64,000 nt of DNA from a virus (taxonomy: Duplodnaviria > Caudoviricetes), in the IMG/VR virus record IMGVR_UViG_3300001580_000006, positions 1 through 64,000 of that record. The stretch is one strand, 5' to 3'. Position numbers and translations under genes: made by a program. Below the pieces are notes generated by a model. The model did no database searches and was not told where the DNA came from. It saw only the letters and a program-made list of their open reading frames with translations. Position 1 is the first letter of the stretch; each line of letters opens with the position of its first letter. This document shows, piece by piece, positions 58,401 to 64,000 of this stretch.

Positions 58401-59099
58401 TCTGATATGTTTGGTCCCATAGTTGTTGAACAAGTACATGACCACATAGATGGTGAGACTGGATTTACTACAACAATTACGCCAAATGCTTATATAAGAG
58501 TAGCCAGTTTAGCAAACTCATTCAACCAGTCATATATGAGCAACATTGGAAAGGTGGCTACTGCCACATCAATGCTAAAGCTCGGTGAAAACATCCTTGG
58601 CGGTATCGCAGCCTACGGAATAGCTAAGAAGGCGGCGCCAATAGTAGCACCTGCTGCCGGTATGGTCAAGGCGTCGGCAACTGGTGCCCTGTCCTCGGCG
58701 GCTAATAGTGTAAAAGAGGCTATATACGCCTATAACTCCCTGGATTACGGACGATCTATTGGTCTAAATCCAACAGGGGTTAAGCAAATGGCGGTATTTA
58801 ATAATGTTAAGAAAGTTGGTGGAGCACTAAGCAGATTATCACTGAAAACAATTGGTACTTATATACTTGCATTTAAGGTTGTATCTGATTCACACATCCA
58901 ATATGCTCAAACATTTAATAGAATGATGGGTACTCTGTTTGGTAGGCAAGCAATAGATGTTGTCCCGGTGTGGTATCGAGGTGAGCCACTGCTTGCAGGA
59001 ATGGACGGCGCAATGAAAAACGATTGGTGGACACACGCACAATACCAGTATTATGGTAAAGTACTATCGTTGGTCGATAAGATAACAGAAGGAACTTAA
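52428..59099 (+). CDS. giant baseplate hub protein with N-terminal M15 (L-Ala-D-Glu-type) peptidase
   Basis: ITDGLRT..EQAELYAKGRT..AHGFGLAVDVV..DHPHIEV; C-terminal hub YSGSLVLVGNPNIEPFD..VEQV.D..D...GFTTTITP. Confidence 0.75.
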   Translation: MAFKGKDSSNVRWASLHAVLKDKLTKLEELVSKDVDMPQFQITDGLRTIREQAELYAKGRTKPGTIVTYAKTPQAHGFGLAVDVVPLKDGKKDYNNKSAYDKLAAYATQVGLRSGHNQPFKKKDGSLFYDHPHIEVWNWNTYVDKNAQLIGDEFVFDSNVQQNLDVYSQNGFFTDANSTTVYGLGAYGDAITSKVDVLVEDDAYFYEAVSSANAYKDGAFRFGDVWLSVPPTTIDIASFSANQEIPAFRTPGNPTKQGDLREMRFDVQMIFPHAQTINGELRPLIAQFFASPIISVENQFVQMAAAPDIQPAESEVNYELEKQTSAADLTGANFATEIDAWQKTQADNAKLFREGKFKELIDKFDGVPKSEKEQVDRLIAKAKKDRKVRYSRYGWALNDEPLLFCFKELHINTVSGFPSAIQAHAVLNLFNSRPFCKQVAWLKDWSDVSAQLTYGDQLKSCLREAKDASTVEPPVVNHVSSPEFSTPYKDYYSHWLIEGKALREADGHTVPPLSSSLSSPLHQTLGMLYLDEFDNTNFVNNIVMSWRGASKSMLQSELERIRNTKNRLVKIKAQLLDYRAKDFPDISSGFRDGIAALWKTPALLKQYFDRVVEKTGGLVWITAATLKGDLGFNSKDAEDKFKKYFVNTTGITAYDLYQYVTTKVEDKDKRWLLTRLTDLVLRSNTTQEHAKIIDQCIELSNEADKQLGVYKDGASSIHSIDLSEYSGTTISGMSASIANKFARIPLLSEFIPTYQHMGRSNISVTMSLQTENLEIVSELRRLELETSIAQQMRDLITPIELQKFIPGSVVAVTGNAFFSMLGVHNVVVGNVQTSTVPNRPGLCNVTIEFIQADYVLHEHEQIQPYNILPANLVAITAKSILDAGDTKVVGWLNTIKNSKPDLYNQLDWEVMPAYNGVLDLIKEYGQQINYDVVNKLTTEATATAPPSTKSNVLSISGTTSDNFWQSAVERAEQATPRPYTIGSELKKVNTLSFLSRANIVFLVVMGHITLWQTIRILLSNRQYRTDLKEMLQTLVPNPEKIVKIYEDSEVYITDRERAAHQGRCALPDILQIQIPGSPPNKELYTPGDLYFYRDYYINKQVVDLAESIIECEHGLLTETFHDLLTIDLAKTKDLLAEYRVKLESSAADIKGLGATNKQLLLKHDQLLKMYNDLEATYKKYEDTRKLPLGINIEAIEGSTNISPAMLYKYQELLIGMESFGKVVEAVEAGKEYNYEVSKPKPDANRLKMLEKRYNFLSTRILAGMNSIDVLDSTFNPEVGSVGASEGLRMISKTLGALPRDVAETERGILNDVKVAMAADSTFSLSRAFPAVKIYLIEKDSPAWMLFDDFYSYNAVVSIDVLKNAYSASETAIIRLSNVTNNLANTTSKNYERHGLQDTASEQTVFSIDLKPGADIALKYGYEADPSQMPFKFRGTIVEVSPGPITEIVAQSAGAQLNQVPYPVKDKKAGLNSTTRSLGNVALSVLDDMPGRLRGLGGWGLDQAIQKNVDSNRSDSKEEWAELAQKLIGMPRPIGASSNVGENIFLPFGFSFIPLWPATESKTSKRNSGNNFDWVCSAGKTGWELLQDIALYNRDYIVKVPIYNAWLDPRSVDCDLRYTVYLGPRDGVYKSSSKSTETSEAAIRRIVDSFDTNFASAKEQMKELPKLLKVVDKRLSAKQATALLMTKGFVPLVHSDSPDNTNIWGIDFSGAVDYLYDKQFLVTCLHTYDKDLGAAATSGGVWRGWAHKLIKVSPPNTIEVFPEALDKISEQIKEQLKIAANVSASLLGSPIPPEQSGLTHAAGVYEPIIRKHLVDSYHHIISNGLVASSNNFYNRLRLIYPNAEPIGESKMRELELDHELSHDVRIDKATIDAIKLYLGTINTGLREAVVSIDDDINPDQIKEQILWYGNIDTNFYDSPWVLRDSSPSGYNVPELHEEQLTRLKEDGGVAKPWFVAAQALAKLAARMYSGSLVLVGNPNIEPFDEVYLTDVASDMFGPIVVEQVHDHIDGETGFTTTITPNAYIRVASLANSFNQSYMSNIGKVATATSMLKLGENILGGIAAYGIAKKAAPIVAPAAGMVKASATGALSSAANSVKEAIYAYNSLDYGRSIGLNPTGVKQMAVFNNVKKVGGALSRLSLKTIGTYILAFKVVSDSHIQYAQTFNRMMGTLFGRQAIDVVPVWYRGEPLLAGMDGAMKNDWWTHAQYQYYGKVLSLVDKITEGT

Positions 59100-59104
59100 G
59101 GTAT

Positions 59105-59710
59105 ATGGATTCTATAATATCTACTATAGTTGAGTACTTTCCACCAACTGGAACAAGGCCGGCGGCTGTACTACTAACACACGACGCTGAACCAGAAGCC
59201 GCTAAGCGCCACTATTTTGTACCAGCAGCGCTGCCGCCCGGCCTGGGCATAGAATCGCTGAACATTGGTAATCATTATGCTATTCACAATATGCTTGATG
59301 ACTCGCCAACTCAGATTAACACCCTTCGGGTTAACGAAAATGCCATTATTATCCGTAAGGAGGCTGCCACTACACCGGGTGGCCCCAGCCACGCCCTGCT
59401 CACTGGATCCCTGATGAGTTCAGCGGACGACTCGTACAACATAGCCAACTTTGCAACCGTTACAAAGGACGGCATGCAGGCTGGCAACACCGCCATAGGA
59501 CCAAAGGGAGCAGTAGTTGAGCAGGTTGGGCCTAAAACCGGAAGGACATACGGTGGAGTTATGCAAGAGAACCCCTTAAACTTTCTACCATCTTTTGCGT
59601 TTCTTCCTTTACCAAAATACCTACCATCTATGACTATCTTTTCGACAGTAGCCGGCATCGCCACTCTTATAAAAGATACTATGAAGGTCATACAAGACAC
59701 TACAAAATGA
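59105..59710 (+). CDS. putative baseplate spike-like protein
   Basis: Position between the hub and the gp25-like gene; no diagnostic motif. Confidence 0.35.
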   Translation: MDSIISTIVEYFPPTGTRPAAVLLTHDAEPEAAKRHYFVPAALPPGLGIESLNIGNHYAIHNMLDDSPTQINTLRVNENAIIIRKEAATTPGGPSHALLTGSLMSSADDSYNIANFATVTKDGMQAGNTAIGPKGAVVEQVGPKTGRTYGGVMQENPLNFLPSFAFLPLPKYLPSMTIFSTVAGIATLIKDTMKVIQDTTK

Positions 59711-60393
59711 GTGGTACTGTAAAAGAAATAGTTAGGCAAAGATTTGGTCGACTGCTAGTAATATCTCGTGCTGGATCAATTGGATCAATTAGAAGTAGGC
59801 GCTCTACGTGGCTGTGCAGATGCGATTGTGGTACAGAAAAGATAATCGCTGGTGACGTGCTTAGGAGAGGTGACACCAGATCTTGCGGTTGTCTGCGAGT
59901 CGGCAGTGCTACTGTAGACCTTACTGGACAAACTTTCGGGTTGCTCGTGGTTGTTTCCTTAGCTGGGGTTGATAAGCACAAACGCGCACTGTGGCATTGT
60001 AAGTGTAACTGTGGCACAGAGGTAGTTGTATCTAGCAGTGGCCTTCGAGCAGGAAGCACTAAATCGTGTGGTTGCACTCATTATAGGCACGGAGAGCAGC
60101 ATCATAGCTGGCGAGGCGGCATTACTGAACTTAGGCACGCTATACGTAATCTATTGGTTTATCGAGAGTGGCGAGACGCGGTATTTCATAGAGATAACTT
60201 CACATGCCAGAAATGCGGCGGTGGTGCCGGTGGAAACCTGAACGCTCATCACCTGAAACCATTTCAACAAATAATCGATGAGTATAAAATAACTACAGTA
60301 GAGCAAGCAATAGCTTGTGCAGAACTATGGGATATCTGGAATGGTATTACGTTGTGCAAAACCTGTCACGATAAAATTCATACCAAGGAGTAA
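59707..60393 (+). CDS. HNH homing endonuclease, tandem FGRL N-domains (family A nuclease)
   Basis: Two QRFGRL/QTFGLL..WxCxCxCG..SCGC repeats; RDNFTCQKCG; AHHLK; TLCKTCH. Confidence 0.88.
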   Translation: MSGTVKEIVRQRFGRLLVISRAGSIGSIRSRRSTWLCRCDCGTEKIIAGDVLRRGDTRSCGCLRVGSATVDLTGQTFGLLVVVSLAGVDKHKRALWHCKCNCGTEVVVSSSGLRAGSTKSCGCTHYRHGEQHHSWRGGITELRHAIRNLLVYREWRDAVFHRDNFTCQKCGGGAGGNLNAHHLKPFQQIIDEYKITTVEQAIACAELWDIWNGITLCKTCHDKIHTKE

Positions 60394-60396
60394 GCA

Positions 60397-60855
60397 ATGT
60401 CTTGTGATTTGAAAATCAGTTACCAAGGAAATTTTGTTATAGAAAACGGTGACTTGGCCATGGCGTCTGGTAGTGATTTTATCGCCAGGGCAATTGGGCT
60501 TAGGGTGCGCACCCCTCTAAAGAATACTTATTGGCCGGGGTGCAGTATTACTTCGTTTATAGGCAAGCTAGATCAGACCGCCGGCGTTCGTGAGATGCAA
60601 TCCGTTGTGCGGCAAGCACTTGTAAAAGATGGTCTGCTAGAATCTGCCTCTGTAGTAGCAGAGCCAATGGGAGAAGCTGGTATCAAAGTAACCATCCAAG
60701 CCCTAACAGGAGAAGATACAGTTACAAAGCGAATATTTTACATAGAGAATGGCGTTGTAGAGACCATTGACGACCTAGACATAAGCGAAATAATATCTAC
60801 TGACACCAGCCAGGCTCGGCCTGTAATCAATAAGTATTTGCGTAGGAACAGATAA
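60397..60855 (+). CDS. baseplate wedge gp25-like protein
   Basis: DLKI...G.FVIENGDL..SG.DFI..AI..R.RT..PGCSI..FIG. Confidence 0.7.
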   Translation: MSCDLKISYQGNFVIENGDLAMASGSDFIARAIGLRVRTPLKNTYWPGCSITSFIGKLDQTAGVREMQSVVRQALVKDGLLESASVVAEPMGEAGIKVTIQALTGEDTVTKRIFYIENGVVETIDDLDISEIISTDTSQARPVINKYLRRNR

Positions 60856-61376
60856 TGGCTGGGACGCACATTAGAACGGAGCCAGAGAAGGAGAAGCATC
60901 GTATTGCTATGAAGGCCTTCTACTCCAACAAGTCTATGCCTAAAGAGCATCGTGATAAAATAAGTGCTGCTCTAGCTGGTAAGCCAAAGAGTGCAGCACA
61001 TAGGGAGTCTACTCGTAGAGCGGCACTGCTACGAGATCACAAATCATATTGTGGTAAGAACAACTCTAACTGGAAGGGCGGAATTACTGCGATAAATCAT
61101 GGGTTGCGCGATGCTATACAGAACACTTTTGAATATCGACAATGGCGGTCGGATGTATACATGCGCGATAACTTCCAGTGCAAGAGATGCGGTTCTTCGG
61201 CAAGCGGCACCTTAAACGCACATCATAAAAAGCTGTTTCAACAAATCCTTGATGAGCATAGAGTTACAACTGTAGAGCAGGCCATTTTATGTGAGGAGCT
61301 TTGGAATATCAACAATGGTATGACTTTATGTCTAGATTGTCACAAGAAGCGGCATAAGAAACCGGCCGGCAACTAA
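60855..61376 (+). CDS. HNH homing endonuclease, NUMOD3 repeats (family A)
   Basis: EHRDKIS; WKGGIT; RDNFQCKRCG; AHHKK; TLCLDCH. Confidence 0.88.
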   Translation: MAGTHIRTEPEKEKHRIAMKAFYSNKSMPKEHRDKISAALAGKPKSAAHRESTRRAALLRDHKSYCGKNNSNWKGGITAINHGLRDAIQNTFEYRQWRSDVYMRDNFQCKRCGSSASGTLNAHHKKLFQQILDEHRVTTVEQAILCEELWNINNGMTLCLDCHKKRHKKPAGN

Positions 61377-61389
61377 TTATTACACTAAT

Positions 61390-61422
61390 CATTTTGCTTT
61401 TTAACGATATTTGTGCTATAAT
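61390..61422 (+). promoter_or_regulatory. promoter, CATTTT-N21-TATAAT with extended -10
   Basis: CATTTTGCTT...TGTGCTATAAT upstream of baseplate J. Confidence 0.65.
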
Positions 61423-61445
61423 TCTATTATAAGCTTAAGGAATAT

Positions 61446-62714
61446 ATGCTGATACCCAAAACACAACAAGATATTGTTAGGGAGACTGTCGAGCTTCTAT
61501 CCGGCTCTCCTTTTAGCAAAGTAGATAGCCCTAACAGCTTAGCCGGCGCTTTAATACAAGTGCTAGCTAAGTACCAATCCGACCTGTATACGTTTACGTC
61601 TGCTGGGCTGCTTGAATCAGTATTGTCAGCTGCTAGTGGGGCTGCGTTGGATAGACTTGGCGTCTTACTTGGTAGACCAAGATCTAACTCAACTACAGCA
61701 TTTGACGATACCACTACTAATGTTATATTTAGCGTCGATCCGGTTTTGGGCACCGATATCTCAGGTCTTGTTAAGCTAATTGACCCGACTACGGCCCCTG
61801 GCAGTCCGCCAGCATTTAGTCTTACAGCACCTATATATGTAAGAATCCCACAAGGCACCAGATTATCCAAGCCAGATACAGCTATTGAGTATGTCACGAC
61901 CCAGGAAGTTCTTATTACCATGGAGGATCCTGATAAGACAACCTCGGTTGGGGTTCCAGTTATAGCAACAGCGCCTGGCGACCTGTATAATGTCTCTGGT
62001 GGAGAGCTTAGTACACACAACCTCGACGAATCTCAGCCGGCTCTACAATCTATATCGAAGTATATACTATGTACAAATACACAGGACATAGTAAATGGTT
62101 TTGGCGTAGAGTCTGACGATAACTATCGTTACTTTCTATCTAAGCAAGTAAATAGTGCTGAGGCTGCAAATGAGGCCGCTATACGCATTGCTGCACTAGC
62201 CGTTCCTGGTGTATCCGATATATATCTACGCAGGTGGACTTATGGTATTGGCACTTTTTCGGTGCACATAGTGTCTACTACGCCAGTTGTAGGTCAGGGT
62301 CTAATAAATGCCGTTAGTGAGTCTGTAGGCAGGGTAGCGGCATATCCAGAGAAATTTACAGTAGCTGGTCCAGATTATATTGGGGTTAAGTTAGTTGTTG
62401 GTTTGACATTTATCCCTTCTACTACACAAGCCGAGCGCGACGGGTTAGTGAGCTCCGCAGCGAGGGTAGTAGTTGATTATATAAATAACATAGAACTGGG
62501 TGGAAGTCTGATAATTAACGAGATAATACAAAGAGTTATGGATTTATCAGACAAAATTCTAGACACCACACTAACAGACATGAATCTTGGTAGGTACAAC
62601 ATTAAGCTTAATAAACTTGAGTACCTTCGCCCAGTGATTATCGGTAATCAAAAAGCAGGCACACATCAGAAGTTTTACACCACGTTTGGCTACATTGTAG
62701 CCTGCGCAAACTAA
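61446..62714 (+). CDS. baseplate J/gp6-like wedge protein
   Basis: ASGAALDRLG..LG..R, IPQGT, NG.GVESDDNYR and AALAVPGV.D....GIGT..V. Confidence 0.88.
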   Translation: MLIPKTQQDIVRETVELLSGSPFSKVDSPNSLAGALIQVLAKYQSDLYTFTSAGLLESVLSAASGAALDRLGVLLGRPRSNSTTAFDDTTTNVIFSVDPVLGTDISGLVKLIDPTTAPGSPPAFSLTAPIYVRIPQGTRLSKPDTAIEYVTTQEVLITMEDPDKTTSVGVPVIATAPGDLYNVSGGELSTHNLDESQPALQSISKYILCTNTQDIVNGFGVESDDNYRYFLSKQVNSAEAANEAAIRIAALAVPGVSDIYLRRWTYGIGTFSVHIVSTTPVVGQGLINAVSESVGRVAAYPEKFTVAGPDYIGVKLVVGLTFIPSTTQAERDGLVSSAARVVVDYINNIELGGSLIINEIIQRVMDLSDKILDTTLTDMNLGRYNIKLNKLEYLRPVIIGNQKAGTHQKFYTTFGYIVACAN

Positions 62715-62802
62715 GAGGGACGACTAATGGCCACCAAGTCACCCGCACTACAAAAAACCATTGATAAGCTTAAAGCTTGTCTACAGCAGATAGAGGACAA
62801 CA

Positions 62803-63333
62803 ATGCCATCCTCAAAGAGCGCTTCCCGACAACCCGCCCCATACTCGAAGAAGACGCAAGTGGAGCAGCTATTCGAGCTTTTGCTAGACGTTCAGGCAAG
62901 GTCAACGCAACAGCTATCAGCCGTGACGCGTGCCTTGGGAGAGTTGCAAAATTATTTAGATCAGAATAACAACGCTCTGCGTAACGATAATCTACTTGTC
63001 CGCGCAGACATGCAAGCCACCAATAACTGCATATCTGCCCTTACGCAGCAGATCCAGACCAGCTGTAATATGATCGACTCCCAAGTAAAGTCACTTCAGA
63101 TGGTCATAGTCGGAACCGATCAAGCTGTTAAATCTGCTATTAACTCCATGAAGGGCCCAGACCAGTTCTGGAAGGACCGTCAGTGGTGGATGATTATTAC
63201 TATTGTAATGCTTGTTATCCTACTAGGCCTTACTTGGGGATTTGATCTACCAAATAAGGTTAACGAACTGCGTGGCGGTGGTCACAAGGTTGAACAAGTT
63301 CTACCTGATATACAACCTAAGCTTTTAAAATAA
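62803..63333 (+). CDS. coiled-coil protein with C-terminal transmembrane helix
   Basis: RBS GAGG; heptad region then WWMIITIVMLVILLGLTW; TAATG-coupled to the next gene. Confidence 0.55.
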   Translation: MPSSKSASRQPAPYSKKTQVEQLFELLLDVQARSTQQLSAVTRALGELQNYLDQNNNALRNDNLLVRADMQATNNCISALTQQIQTSCNMIDSQVKSLQMVIVGTDQAVKSAINSMKGPDQFWKDRQWWMIITIVMLVILLGLTWGFDLPNKVNELRGGGHKVEQVLPDIQPKLLK

Positions 63334-64000
63334 TGTATCCAGATAAGAACGTACTTAGAATATTTGCTGGCTGGCCGCCTAATGTCAGAACAGCTTACGA
63401 TCCGCAAGACCCACTCCATATTCTTATAAGAGCTGCTTGGGGAGCCGGGCTATATAACTTTGAATATAGGTCTAAGCGCGAGCTAGATAATAGATTTCCA
63501 CACACCGCAAACCTAGCCCAGGCCCGTGAGCTATACAAAGTATCAGCTCCAGCTGCATGGTCCAACCCAAAAGTAACTGGTGTAATAAGAGCTCGCGATG
63601 AGGAAGAGTTCTGGTTTGGAAAACCTACTGGGTTTGACTATGTAGGGTCGGAGACACTTACACTACCTGTTCTTTGTAACCAGCTTTCTGGTCTACTATA
63701 TACTAGACCTAGCAGTGCCGACCAGGGCAAATTATATTATTTAACACACAATATTACTAGCTCTCCATACTATGACGATGGAACATTATGTTATGTTCCA
63801 CTACAGTCGGTGTATGGAGATTTAGAATTTGATGCAGAAAGAACTGACACCGAATACCAATACGCTACACAGGATTATGCTACTACTGGGTTTGATCAAA
63901 TACTAGAGCTATCTCCAGAAGAGGATTTAGACCCACACCCTGGCTATATGCCAATGACCAATTTTTTGGCAAAGCTGCCGCAGGTAGATATTGATCCTGA
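63333..64000 (+). CDS. partial structural (baseplate wedge-like) protein
   Basis: ATG 63333 (MYPDKNVLRIFAGWPP...) appears to run off the window end; follows baseplate J. Confidence 0.5.
   Translation, partial: MYPDKNVLRIFAGWPPNVRTAYDPQDPLHILIRAAWGAGLYNFEYRSKRELDNRFPHTANLAQARELYKVSAPAAWSNPKVTGVIRARDEEEFWFGKPTGFDYVGSETLTLPVLCNQLSGLLYTRPSSADQGKLYYLTHNITSSPYYDDGTLCYVPLQSVYGDLEFDAERTDTEYQYATQDYATTGFDQILELSPEEDLDPHPGYMPMTNFLAKLPQVDIDP

Noticed and set aside
934-62905. Minus-strand ORFs in the track
   Set aside because: They are antisense shadows of longer + strand genes or tRNAs, without recognisable motifs.
1-64000. Stop-codon reassignment (alternative genetic code)
   Set aside because: Long genes are intact under the standard code, coding density is high, TAA/TGA/TAG all terminate genes, and no suppressor tRNA is seen.

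Overview
The window is part of a large myovirus-type (contractile-tail) phage genome, and essentially every credible gene is on the + strand. In order it holds: the end of a fibre gene; a cluster of 11 CCA-ending tRNAs with interspersed HNH genes; terminase small and large subunits; portal; an amidase/holin lysis cassette; prohead protease-scaffold; major capsid; neck genes; tail sheath; three tail-tube paralogues; tail chaperones; three consecutive ~2000-aa proteins; and baseplate genes. Twelve free-standing HNH genes sit at gene junctions, eight of them from one domain-shuffling family. Highlights: (1) Three morphogenesis-region proteins (two fibre-like, one capsid-adjacent) carry Sec signal peptides, two with a Gln at +1. 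Two of the three are strongly enriched in the FCB-type O-glycosylation sequon D-[ST]-[AILVMT]. This suggests virion parts exported for glycosylation by the host. (2) A 1981-aa protein combines a DEDDh exonuclease with both barrels of a single-chain two-barrel RNA polymerase (NIDTDDD). It is flanked by a tape-measure-like protein with an embedded PD-(D/E)XK nuclease and a baseplate hub fused to an M15 peptidase. (3) One HNH gene appears to have captured the 5' end of its neighbour. (4) Two candidate structured ncRNAs, one displaying anti-Shine-Dalgarno loops. All calls are by-eye motif recognition with manual counts; no searches were run.
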